Shown here piece after piece: positions 9,629-18,346 of a DNA stretch of 64,000 nt. Every line of letters begins with the position of its first letter. Within the stretch, counting starts at the first letter, position 1. The position numbers were made by a program, and so were the translations under genes. The DNA is from Candidatus Woesearchaeota archaeon (GTDB lineage Archaea; Nanobdellota; Nanobdellia; Woesearchaeales; JACPBV01). The DNA lies in the NCBI GenBank assembly GCA_016180135.1, contig JACPBV010000009.1:19248-83247 (forward strand), written 5' to 3'. Under the pieces are notes generated by a model. That model searched no databases, was not told the origin of the DNA, and was given only the letters and a program-made list of their open reading frames with translations.

Positions 9629-11458
9629 CTATTTTTTCACTTCTTTAATAAACGCCTTTGCATCGATTCCCTCAAACTCCAGTAATTGCGCAGGCATCCC
9701 TGATTTCGGAACTTTTCTTACAGCGAGAGAAACAATGTCAACACCGGAATTAACCAAAGCGCCCGCAAGCATCTCTCCAATCCCGCCTTCCGGATAATGG
9801 TCTTCTGCCGCAATAACTTTGTTCCCGTGTTTCCTGGCAAAATCAATGAACTTTTTCCCGTTAAATGGCTTGATGCAAAAGAGGTCAATTACAGCAGCAT
9901 CAATACATTCTTTTTTCAGCTCATCATACGCCTTTACTGCCTCGTGCAGTGTTATTCCCGAGCCGCAAAGCACCGCTTTATCCTTCGATGATTCCTTAAC
10001 AACTTTAAACTCCCCTGGCTTGAACTGCTCTTTGCCGTCATACAAAACTGGCGTTTTTGCCCTCGTCGTCCGGATATATTTGACCCCGGGCAATGTCGCA
10101 GCCAAATGCACCAGCTTTTCGGCAGATACTGCGTCGGAAGGATAAAACACGGAACTATTTGGCAAAGCCCTGAACATCCCGATGTCCTCAAGCCCCATTT
10201 GCGATCCTCCATCCTCCCCAATGGAAACTCCAGCATGAGAGCCGCAGACAGTTATCGGAGGAGAGCTTAATGCCCCCATCCTGAGCTGGTCATGGGCTCT
10301 TGACAAAAACGCAGCAAACGTCGATGCAAACGGAACAAAGCCTCTTGAAGCGAGGCCTAGTGCCATCCCTATCATATTTTGCTCGGCAACAAAGCACTCC
10401 ACAAATTGCTCCGGTTTAACCTTCCTGACATCCTCGGCAAACGTGGAATTGCTTACCTCTGCATCAACCGCTAACACCGAGCTGTCAGCAAGCGCAAGCT
10501 GTGCAAGCGCTTTCCCATAAGCTTCCCTCGTTGCAGCAAGCTCCCCAATTTTGTAGGAGCTAAACCCGGCATCTCTCTTTTCCGCAGCCCGGATAAACTG
10601 CGCTTTTGGCTTTTCAATCTCAACGGCAGGCATTGCACTATCAGGAATTTCCTTCAATGCATTTTCCAGCTGGTCTTTCGGAACAGGCTTTCCATGCCAG
10701 CCGTCCTTATTCTCTAAAAACGAAACCCCTTTGCCCTTGAAAGTCTTGCAAATAATGACAATGGGCTGTTTTGAATTCCTCGCTTTAGAAAAAGCATCCA
10801 AAATCTCCCCTAAATTGTGCCCATCAATCAAATAAGCGTTCCATCCAAAGGCCTGAAACCTGTTCTTATACTGCTCAAGATGATGGCCCGGCATCGTCTC
10901 TCCGCGCTGCCCTAATCGGTTTGCATCGAGCACAGCAACTAAATTGTTCAGCTGGTAATGCGCAGCCAATTGCGCAGACTCATAAACACTTCCTTCTGCG
11001 CATTCGCTGTCTCCAAGTAAAACATAAGTCCTGAAATTCCTTTTCTGCAGCTTTCCGGCCAGCGCAACTCCAACGCCGATAGAAAGCCCCTGCCCTAAGC
11101 TTCCGGTGGCAAACTTCACCCAGTTTCCCGGATGAGGGACAGGATGCCCCTCTAAGATGCTCCCAAACTTTCGAAGAGAAAGTAAATCTGCCTTCAGGCA
11201 TCCAGCCCTCACAAGGCATGGATAAAGAATCGGAGCAGCATGACCCTTGCTGAGGATGAATTCATCATTATCAGGATTTTCAAAATTTTTCACATCATAT
11301 CTCATCTCATGGAAGAATAAGGCGGACATGATTTCAGCGCAGCTCATACAGGTTGTCGGATGCCCGCTCCCTGCCTCAGTCGTCATGCGCAAAGAATCTC
11401 TGCGGAGAATGTTGGCTATTGACTGGAGATCCTGAATGGATAGTTTTTTGTCGGGCAT
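9629..11458 (-). CDS. tkt: Transketolase (N- and C-terminal halves fused, 609 aa)
   Basis: GSGHPTTCMSCAEIMSALFF, LSKGHAAPILY, GSLGQGLSIGVGVALAGK, LLGDSECAEGSVYESAQLA, then the Pyr-domain motif FVECFVAEQNMIGMALGLASRGFVPFASTFAAF. Confidence 0.9.
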   Translation of the reverse strand: MPDKKLSIQDLQSIANILRRDSLRMTTEAGSGHPTTCMSCAEIMSALFFHEMRYDVKNFENPDNDEFILSKGHAAPILYPCLVRAGCLKADLLSLRKFGSILEGHPVPHPGNWVKFATGSLGQGLSIGVGVALAGKLQKRNFRTYVLLGDSECAEGSVYESAQLAAHYQLNNLVAVLDANRLGQRGETMPGHHLEQYKNRFQAFGWNAYLIDGHNLGEILDAFSKARNSKQPIVIICKTFKGKGVSFLENKDGWHGKPVPKDQLENALKEIPDSAMPAVEIEKPKAQFIRAAEKRDAGFSSYKIGELAATREAYGKALAQLALADSSVLAVDAEVSNSTFAEDVRKVKPEQFVECFVAEQNMIGMALGLASRGFVPFASTFAAFLSRAHDQLRMGALSSPPITVCGSHAGVSIGEDGGSQMGLEDIGMFRALPNSSVFYPSDAVSAEKLVHLAATLPGVKYIRTTRAKTPVLYDGKEQFKPGEFKVVKESSKDKAVLCGSGITLHEAVKAYDELKKECIDAAVIDLFCIKPFNGKKFIDFARKHGNKVIAAEDHYPEGGIGEMLAGALVNSGVDIVSLAVRKVPKSGMPAQLLEFEGIDAKAFIKEVKK

Positions 11459-11547
11459 GAAGAATAATAACTCTTGATTTATTTTAAAGGTTTGGGTTTT
11501 GCCTTAGGCGAGTGTGGCAGCTCTTCTATCCATCACCCAAATGATGC

Positions 11548-12573
11548 TCATTGATAAAACCTTGGCCCGGTGACTGAAATTTCCCCGCAGTAGTTTCGGT
11601 GGAGAAGGCTTTTTATAACTTCAATCTTTCTTTTTCCCCCATACTCTGTTGTCCTGCCCAAAGAATACATAAGCTTTTGGAGGCTGGTTTCGAGTGTCAT
11701 ATCCCCGCCCGGAATGGCCCCTGCTTTGATCGGTTCAGAACCGACTTCGTAGATGTTCATATCGGCTGCTCCCACAAGACAGCCTGTAACAACCAGCACT
11801 GGCTTTCCCAGTTCAGTCGCTTTTCTTATTCCGGGAATCAATCTGCTTTGGACGTTTCCTGCGCCGTAACCGACAACCACCATCCCATGGACATCTTTGT
11901 CTTCTATGGCCTTTTCAAAAATACTCGTGCTTGTTCCAGAGCCCTGATGATAGACCCCGACGTTAGTATCAAAATCTGTAAACAGTCTGGGATCCCCATT
12001 ATACCTTTTGATGCGGTGCTCCTTTAGGATCAGCTCAATTCCGTTCTCCCCTATCGGTCCTATTTTTGGCGACTCAAAGGCATTAAACCTTGATTCATGG
12101 ATCTTTACTGACCGATTTCCCCGAAGAAGGTATTCTCCAAAGCAAATGCAGACTTCCCCTAAATCCCCGGTTGCTGCCCTTACACTTCTGAAGATGTTGT
12201 GCTCGGCATCGGTGTCCGGCTCAAAGATTGAAATCTGGGAGCCGGTTAAAACGATAGGTTTTCCGAGATCCTGGACCATCAAGCTCAATGCCGCTGCCGA
12301 GTCTGCCATGGTGTCTGTTCCGTGGATGACCACAAATCCATCGTAGTCTGGATGTGATTGGAAAATGCGTTTTGCAACTTCAGCCCTTTGGCTCGTTGTC
12401 ATATTGGTGCTGTCAATGTTTGCAACCTGCTCAAAAGTAACTTCCGCATGCCTATCCAGATGGTGGACTCTGTTTATGTAAGGCTCATCGGCAGGCCTGA
12501 AAACGCCGTCTTTACAGCGCTTTTGGGATACCGTTCCCCCGGTTCCAAGCACAAGCACTTTAGGTTTTTTCAT
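11548..12573 (-). CDS. L-asparaginase, type I / GatD-related family (341 aa)
   Basis: KVLVLGTGGTVS (catalytic Thr region), VVIHGTDTMADSAAALS, VLTGSQ and a C-terminal VVVGYGAGN. The length fits cytosolic type I asparaginases and lacks the N-terminal extension of GatD. Confidence 0.8.
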   Translation of the reverse strand: MKKPKVLVLGTGGTVSQKRCKDGVFRPADEPYINRVHHLDRHAEVTFEQVANIDSTNMTTSQRAEVAKRIFQSHPDYDGFVVIHGTDTMADSAAALSLMVQDLGKPIVLTGSQISIFEPDTDAEHNIFRSVRAATGDLGEVCICFGEYLLRGNRSVKIHESRFNAFESPKIGPIGENGIELILKEHRIKRYNGDPRLFTDFDTNVGVYHQGSGTSTSIFEKAIEDKDVHGMVVVGYGAGNVQSRLIPGIRKATELGKPVLVVTGCLVGAADMNIYEVGSEPIKAGAIPGGDMTLETSLQKLMYSLGRTTEYGGKRKIEVIKSLLHRNYCGEISVTGPRFYQ

Positions 12574-13114
12574 TTATCTTTACCTCCAGTAATTTTTCCC
12601 CTAAAACTTCCCGAAGCGCTTCAAAGAGAAAGTAAGGATTGGCCAGTATCCCGCTCTCTCTGGTGATGGCGAACTCATACTTCTGCTCAGGATGCTTCTT
12701 TGCCGACTCCAGCATAGAACATGAGAACGCAACAAATGCGATGTTTTCAAGATTTGGAAGAAAAGGCGATATCTCACCTTCCTGCGCTCCCGCTATTTCA
12801 TAAAGTTCCCCCTGAAAAAACCTAACATCTGAATCCCTGGGAATTCCAAGTTCCTTTCTGAGTTGCCTAAATCTTATCTTATGGTCATGGACATAAAGGA
12901 AGCGAACTTTTCCCCCGCTATCTTCATATTCAAGGAGCGAGCCTTGCACAACAGGGATAGTTCCTGAGTCTTGGGGAGGAAAATGACGAGATAGCATCTC
13001 TCTTTTTTCCTCAACAGTAGATGTTTCGAAAGGATACTCATTGAGCCGATAATCTCTACAATCTCTGTTTAGCCTTTCCAAAACTGCATCCAGCGTTGAA
13101 TTGTTTTTGTCCAT
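12560..13114 (-). CDS. Hypothetical protein with weak YbaK/aminoacyl-tRNA-deacylase-like features (184 aa)
   Basis: The ORF overlaps the asparaginase start by 14 nt. The segment GGKVRFLYVHDHKIRFRQLRKELGI...EIAGAQEGEISPF parallels the YbaK pattern (internal Lys strand ... G-x-x-x-G-G-[IV]-S-P). The functional call is tentative. Confidence 0.45.
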   Translation of the reverse strand: MDKNNSTLDAVLERLNRDCRDYRLNEYPFETSTVEEKREMLSRHFPPQDSGTIPVVQGSLLEYEDSGGKVRFLYVHDHKIRFRQLRKELGIPRDSDVRFFQGELYEIAGAQEGEISPFLPNLENIAFVAFSCSMLESAKKHPEQKYEFAITRESGILANPYFLFEALREVLGEKLLEVKINEKT

Positions 13115-13249
13115 TTTAGTTAATCACTCCAAAGTAGTCATTAATACGGAAGAAAATACCAATAATATATAAATTTATTCCAAAAATAGTGGAAAAAAAG
13201 GAAATATTTATATACCATATCGGAAAATATTCCAATTAAGGAGAAGAAT

Positions 13250-13696
13250 ATGAAAAACCTCGACGACAAGGATTACCGCTTGCTGAACATCCTCAAGGAA
13301 AATGCAAAGCTGACGACAAAGCAGATTGCAAAAAAGACAGGCATGCCTATAACCACCATCCACAACAGGATAAAAAAGCTTGAGCGGACTGGCATCATTG
13401 AGAAGTATTCCGTTGTTATGAGCCATAATCTGTTGGGGGATGTGATGGCCTATGTCCTGGTTTCCGTGATGTATCACCTCCCTTCAGGAGTTGTGACTGA
13501 CCAGGCTGCATTGGCAAAAAAGGTGAGAGAAAACGAATTTGTTGAGGAAGCCTCCATCATTGCCGGCAGGTCTGATCTGCTGGTGAAAGTCAGGACAAAA
13601 ACAGTTGATGAGCTGAACGAATTTGTGATAAAGTTCTTGAGAAGCATCCCGGGCATCGAAAGGACAGAAACGCTTGTCGTTCTTCAGTCGGTGTGA
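13250..13696 (+). CDS. Lrp/AsnC-family transcriptional regulator
   Basis: LDDKDYRLLNILKENAKLTTKQIAKKTGMPITTIHNRIKKLERTGIIEKY (HTH) followed by a RAM/ACT-like C-terminal domain. 148 aa. Confidence 0.85.
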   Translation: MKNLDDKDYRLLNILKENAKLTTKQIAKKTGMPITTIHNRIKKLERTGIIEKYSVVMSHNLLGDVMAYVLVSVMYHLPSGVVTDQAALAKKVRENEFVEEASIIAGRSDLLVKVRTKTVDELNEFVIKFLRSIPGIERTETLVVLQSV

Positions 13697-13760
13697 TTGA
13701 GATTCAATGGGGCAATCTTACTCTTTCGCTCTTCATGCCCCCCGAACCCACTCCATCTGC

Positions 13761-14237
13761 TCAGGAAAGAATCTCTTCTTTGTCAGGGATAATGACTCGG
13801 TCTTTCTTTTCAATATCATAGCTAAGTTCTCTTAAAGATTGCTTTGGAATTATCTCCTTGAGAGAGAAAAGGATTGTCTGCAGATCAATAACTTCCAGTC
13901 GCAACTTTTCGGCAAAATGGATTGCTTTTAAATCGTTAGAAACAAAGACAGCATTTCGGCTTTTGGCAAGTGCAATGCCTTCCAACTCCCCCCTTCCGAG
14001 GTTTTGCTGTCCTGAAAAGCTGTTAAGCAATCCGGCTTCAGCATCAGTTAATTCTACAGAAGTAAACAAAGGCGAGGCAGCACTCTCACGGACTGTTTGG
14101 TGCTTGGACTTCCGCAAATCAATCCTGACCGCTGGTGGAACAAGGATTTTTTGCCTGCCAAATGCAGATTTGAGGAGAGAAAGCCTATTGACTTTGGCAA
14201 AGGTGCTGATGATGTCAGCATCAAGGACAAATTCCAT
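13761..14237 (-). CDS. PIN-domain protein (COG2405-type toxin candidate)
   Basis: FVLDADIISTFAKV N-terminal acidic motif, GELEGIALAK and VFVSNDLKA. Immediately downstream of a UPF0175-like partner gene. Confidence 0.7.
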   Translation of the reverse strand: MEFVLDADIISTFAKVNRLSLLKSAFGRQKILVPPAVRIDLRKSKHQTVRESAASPLFTSVELTDAEAGLLNSFSGQQNLGRGELEGIALAKSRNAVFVSNDLKAIHFAEKLRLEVIDLQTILFSLKEIIPKQSLRELSYDIEKKDRVIIPDKEEILS

Positions 14238-14240
14238 GCC

Positions 14241-14570
14241 CTATCTCCTTGCCTTGTCCAGGAGGGCTATCCCTTTTTTTCGTCGTTCCTGGCTCGATGG
14301 AAATTTCCTGGCAATCCCCCTGTCTGCAAGAATATCCTTGAAGTCTGCTGTGCTCATCTCAGCTATTTCTGCTGCTTTTCCCAGGCTGACCGTATCTGAT
14401 ATATACAGCTCAACTGCCGCAGTTATCTTGAGGTTAGGCTTATGCTCAAATAGGCAGCGCATGGCATCTTTGGCCACATCCGATTTGCTCGAGTAATGGC
14501 CGGATTTGACAAGAGCATCAATCTCGCTGCTCATCACTTCCGGAAGGCTGAACGTTTCTGCTTGTGCCAT
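14241..14570 (-). CDS. Antitoxin candidate: ribbon-helix-helix-like N-terminus plus UPF0175-like helix-turn-helix
   Basis: IDALVKSGHYSSKSDVAKDAMRCLFE (RHH-like), then ELYISDTVSLGKAAEIAEMSTADFKDILADRGIA (UPF0175-like). 3-nt gap to the PIN gene. Confidence 0.6.
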   Translation of the reverse strand: MAQAETFSLPEVMSSEIDALVKSGHYSSKSDVAKDAMRCLFEHKPNLKITAAVELYISDTVSLGKAAEIAEMSTADFKDILADRGIARKFPSSQERRKKGIALLDKARR

Positions 14571-14605
14571 ATGAACTATTAATATCTATTAATATTTAAA
14601 TCTTC

Positions 14606-15502
14606 CTACTTCTTCGGCTCCTCATGCCCCCCAAACTCATTCCGTATCGCAGAAATCAGCTTTGAGCCAAAGCTCTGCTTCCTCAGGCTCTTTTCCCTTT
14701 TCTTGATAGACATCTCCAGCAGAGCAAAATCGGCTTTAAACTTTTCTGCAGTTGCCAGAGCCCATCTGCCCGTCTCTCCTCCGCCAACCTTCCCCGACCA
14801 ATTCTTCAGATTTGGGTCTTTCTTGAAAGCCTCCGCTGCTAACTCAGTAAGCCACGACCTGATGACGCTGCCGTTGCTCCAGACTTTTGAAATTTTCTCA
14901 AAATCCAGCTTGTAGGGGCCATGCTTCAACACATCAAAACCCTCGCCATAACCCTCAAGCATGACATACTCAATCCCGTTGTGCACCATCTTGACAAAAT
15001 GCCCTGCACCGGAAGGGCCAGCATAAGCATAGCCGTCCTTAACAGCAATGTCTCGAAACAAAGGCTCTAACTCCAAAAAAACTTTTTCATCCCCACCGAT
15101 AGTTAGGCATGCCCCATTCCTCGCTCCCGTCAATCCCCCGGAAGTTCCCATATCGATAAAGTGTATCCCTTTTTTCTTCAACAGGTTATACCTCCGCACA
15201 GAATCCTCAAAAAAGGAATTTCCGCCGTCAATGATTATGTCACCGGAAGAAAGCAAAGGAACTAATTTTTCAATCATCTCATCGACGGGCTTTCCGGCAG
15301 TTACCATTAGTATTATTATCTTTTTCTTTGGAAGCCTTCCAACAAACTCCTCGAGAGAATAAGCCCCGATAGCCCCTTCTTTTTCAACTTCTTTGACGGG
15401 CTCCGGCGACCTGTTGAAGGCAACAACCTCATACCTCTGCTCAAGCAGATGCAATACAATATTCTTCCCCATCCTTCCTAGGCCGATAAAGCCAGTTTTC
15501 AT
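14606..15502 (-). CDS. 6-phosphogluconate dehydrogenase, short (~300 aa) decarboxylating Gnd-like form
   Basis: MKTGFIGLGRMGKNIVLHLL dinucleotide fold, IIIDGGNSFFEDSVRR, HFIDMGTSGG, GAGHFVKMVHNGIEYVMLEGYGEG. Confidence 0.8.
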   Translation of the reverse strand: MKTGFIGLGRMGKNIVLHLLEQRYEVVAFNRSPEPVKEVEKEGAIGAYSLEEFVGRLPKKKIIILMVTAGKPVDEMIEKLVPLLSSGDIIIDGGNSFFEDSVRRYNLLKKKGIHFIDMGTSGGLTGARNGACLTIGGDEKVFLELEPLFRDIAVKDGYAYAGPSGAGHFVKMVHNGIEYVMLEGYGEGFDVLKHGPYKLDFEKISKVWSNGSVIRSWLTELAAEAFKKDPNLKNWSGKVGGGETGRWALATAEKFKADFALLEMSIKKREKSLRKQSFGSKLISAIRNEFGGHEEPKK

Positions 15503-16642
15503 TTACCTCACCTCAACCACAACCTTCAGCCTCTTAGGGTCATGCACCGCAAACGCCTTCTCATACTCAGAAAGCTTAAACCGGTGCGTAAACATATTGT
15601 CCAAAACATTCCCAAACTTCTCATTGATGCGATGAATGTCCTTAATCGCCATCTCAAAATGATTCCTGTTGGAATTCACGCTGCCGACAATCACCTGATT
15701 ATATCTTACAATCTGCCGGACGAGGGTGTTCCCGTCAAAACAGGTAGTTAATTCACCCTGCGGAATTCCGGTCATAACATAGATGCTTGACCTTGACATA
15801 AAGGGAATCATCCCAATAACTAAATCGGCAGGCCCGCCGGCATCGAAGATGACATTTAATGGAACAGCGCTGCAGCAGATATTAAAAACATCCTGGGGCT
15901 TATTCTTCCTTGCGTCAATGTAATGTGCGCCGACTTTCTTCATAAGCTGTATTGCAAAAAAGCTCTCGTCCTTGTGCCCGACTACCCAAGTATCAACTTC
16001 AGCCAGCCTAAACAGGCACGTCGTCAAAAAAGCCAAAGGGCCCGTCCCGATAATCAATGCAGTCTTGCACCTTCCCCAGCGCTCAACATCAAACTTGTGG
16101 CCGGGATGCAGGCAGCTCCATGGCATCCTGCTCTGGATTATTTTTATCTGCTCTATCCCCTTTTCGGCGATGCTCAACGGCTCAATCAGCACCCCGTATT
16201 TCTCAATCCCTTCAGGGATCTTTATCACATGCCTCTCATCATCAACAGTATACTCTGTCAGAAAGCCGTTCGTCTTATGGATACCGTGCTCATCATATAA
16301 TCCAGTCATGCACATATCGCTCTGGTTATGCAGGCAGGGAGCGCATCTTCCGCATCCTCTTCGCACCGTCATCGTAACGCAATCACCGGGCTTTACCGTC
16401 TTCACTTTTTTTCCCACTTGTTCAACAATGCCCCAGAATTCGTGCCCAAGGACAATCAAATCTTTTCCGGGAGCGATGTCCTTCTTGTCGTGCTTCACCA
16501 TGTTGACATCTGTCCCGTCGATGCCCACCTCTTTGACTTTAATGAGAACATCAGTTTCTTTCTCAATCTTTGGCATTGGAATCCTAAAGCTCTGAATCCC
16601 CTTAATTTCCTTTTTCAGCCCGACTGCGAAGATGGTTTGCAT
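15503..16642 (-). CDS. Zn-dependent medium-chain dehydrogenase, archaeal glucose-1-dehydrogenase-like
   Basis: GHEFWGIVEQVG, structural-zinc region GRCAPCLHNQSDMC, LIEPLSIAEKGIEQ, GTGPLAF, GSVNSNRNHFEMAIKDI. The stop codon abuts the start of the 6PGDH gene with zero spacer. Confidence 0.75.
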   Translation of the reverse strand: MQTIFAVGLKKEIKGIQSFRIPMPKIEKETDVLIKVKEVGIDGTDVNMVKHDKKDIAPGKDLIVLGHEFWGIVEQVGKKVKTVKPGDCVTMTVRRGCGRCAPCLHNQSDMCMTGLYDEHGIHKTNGFLTEYTVDDERHVIKIPEGIEKYGVLIEPLSIAEKGIEQIKIIQSRMPWSCLHPGHKFDVERWGRCKTALIIGTGPLAFLTTCLFRLAEVDTWVVGHKDESFFAIQLMKKVGAHYIDARKNKPQDVFNICCSAVPLNVIFDAGGPADLVIGMIPFMSRSSIYVMTGIPQGELTTCFDGNTLVRQIVRYNQVIVGSVNSNRNHFEMAIKDIHRINEKFGNVLDNMFTHRFKLSEYEKAFAVHDPKRLKVVVEVR

Positions 16643-17014
16643 CTAATCCTTCTCCAAAGGCACTCTTTTTAAGCCTATCTTATCATAAATCTTGTCCGAG
16701 CTGATGATTATTCCATCTCCGCAAAATGAGGCGTGAAAAGCGTCAAAAATGTTAAAATGATATTTTTCAACATAAAATGCGGCTTCAAGAGTTAATTGGC
16801 GATGCTCTTCCAATAAGGGAAGTAGGGCGAATAGGTCGACATAGGATTTAACAACATTCAATCCTATTCTTTGGCAAACGATGCCAAATTCCAACAAGCA
16901 GGAAACTGAGGTGATAATCTCCTCTTTATGCCCTTTCAAAATATCAACTGCATTTCCTTTCAGCCAATCGGAAGGCTTCACAAGAGCAAGAAGGAAATCA
17001 GTATCGGCGAACAT
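16643..17014 (-). CDS. vapC: PIN-domain toxin (VapC-like)
   Basis: Trimmed to MFADTDFLLALVKPSDWL (first acidic residue of the PIN motif). DAFHASFCGDG lies near the C-terminus. The start overlaps the upstream AbrB-type gene by 17 nt. Confidence 0.7.
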   Translation of the reverse strand: MFADTDFLLALVKPSDWLKGNAVDILKGHKEEIITSVSCLLEFGIVCQRIGLNVVKSYVDLFALLPLLEEHRQLTLEAAFYVEKYHFNIFDAFHASFCGDGIIISSDKIYDKIGLKRVPLEKD

Positions 17015-17252
17015 GGCCCATTGCCTCCCTTTCGGCTTCTTCCCTTCCCATCTGTTTAAGCTCTTTGAGGGAATGCCTGTCAATGCCTGCTCTTTTTCCC
17101 ATCTCCTGAAGATGCCGAAGGGGATCCTTTGGAATTGGGATTAATACGAGTTCCCCTGCAGCTTCAATAAGGTAAAATTTTTTTCCGTACTTTTCAGTTA
17201 TCCCGGCGCCCAGTGTTACTCTTCCACGCCCGTCTGCAATGATCTGGCTCAT
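16998..17252 (-). CDS. vapB: AbrB/SpoVT-type antitoxin (VapB-like, 84 aa)
   Basis: Trimmed to MSQIIADGRGRVTLGAGITEKYGKKFYLIEAAGELVLIPI, a swapped-hairpin AbrB-like motif. The upstream part of track ORF 16998..17459 is low-complexity and unlikely to be coding. Confidence 0.6.
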   Translation of the reverse strand: MSQIIADGRGRVTLGAGITEKYGKKFYLIEAAGELVLIPIPKDPLRHLQEMGKRAGIDRHSLKELKQMGREEAEREAMGHVRRY

Positions 17253-17477
17253 GAAAACCACCTCGTGGGTAAAAAGTAAAATTTGTGGGTATAAAAGCTT
17301 TTTGGTGGGCAATAGGTTTTTTCGATTTTTTATATAGCAAAAGACACAAATGCTTAGACAATAAACATGTCTTTTGCTATTACGAACGGACAACTCTTGT
17401 TCAATAATTTTTGTCCGTAAGTATAGCTCTGAGTCGGCAGTATGGTATAGCCCACGCAAGAAAATAAACTTTTTCTC

Positions 17478-18281
17478 TTACTTTCCCCTCTCCACCCACC
17501 ACTCCGCCTCTAATGCAGCCATGCATCCTGTGCCCGCAGAAGTCACCGCCTGCCTGTATCGCGGATCCATCACATCTCCGGCAGCAAAAACCCCATCAAC
17601 AGAAGTTTTAACCAAATTCTTAATCTTAATCCCCTTCACAAACTTATCCCCTGAAACCTCTGCAACCTCGCTGTCCCAGATAACTGAAATCTTATCTTTC
17701 AATCCCAAAACCCTGTCCTGCATGATTTTGCTTGCCCTGAACTCATTTTTCCGGTGGATGATGGTGACTTTCTTTGCAAACTTGTAAAGTGCAAGGCTTT
17801 CCTCCATCGCGCTATCGCCGCCTCCGACAACAGCAACTTCTTTGCCCTGGAAGAGCGCAGCATCGCAGACAGCGCAGGTGCTTACCCCTTTCCCGAAAAA
17901 CTTCTCCTCGCCGGTAATCCCCAGTTTCCGTGCAGAAGCCCCTGTCGCAATGATGATTGTTTTCCCAAAAAACTTATTTTTCTGTGTAGAAACTTCAAAC
18001 CCGGCCTTAGCTGATTGAATTCCAGCAACATCCTCGCCGACTAATTCTGCTCCAAAGCGCTTTGCCTGCTCTTTTGCATTCTTCACCAGCTCAGGCCCCA
18101 TGATACCCTTGACAAAACCAGGATAATTTTCGACTTCAGAAGTTAAGCTAAGCTGGTCAAGCCCTTTCCCCGACACCACAAGAGGCTTCAAGCTTGCACG
18201 GGCAGTATAAAGCGCAGCTGTTAAAGCCCCCATGCCGCCGCCGATAATGATTACATTTCTCAATTCTTCTTTTGATGCCAT
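17478..18281 (-). CDS. trxB: Thioredoxin reductase-like flavoprotein, unusually short (267 aa)
   Basis: IIIGGGMGALTAALYTAR (FAD), redox-active CAVCD, VAVVGGGDSAMEE (NADPH), GVFAAGDV...YRQAVTSAGTGCMAAL. About 40-45 residues between the NADPH domain and the GD motif appear to be missing (see findings). Confidence 0.75.
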   Translation of the reverse strand: MASKEELRNVIIIGGGMGALTAALYTARASLKPLVVSGKGLDQLSLTSEVENYPGFVKGIMGPELVKNAKEQAKRFGAELVGEDVAGIQSAKAGFEVSTQKNKFFGKTIIIATGASARKLGITGEEKFFGKGVSTCAVCDAALFQGKEVAVVGGGDSAMEESLALYKFAKKVTIIHRKNEFRASKIMQDRVLGLKDKISVIWDSEVAEVSGDKFVKGIKIKNLVKTSVDGVFAAGDVMDPRYRQAVTSAGTGCMAALEAEWWVERGK

Positions 18282-18346
18282 AAGTGCAGATTCTTCCGTT
18301 TCTTTTTATAAGTTGTGTTGGGCAGGGTATTTCATTCAAGATGCCA

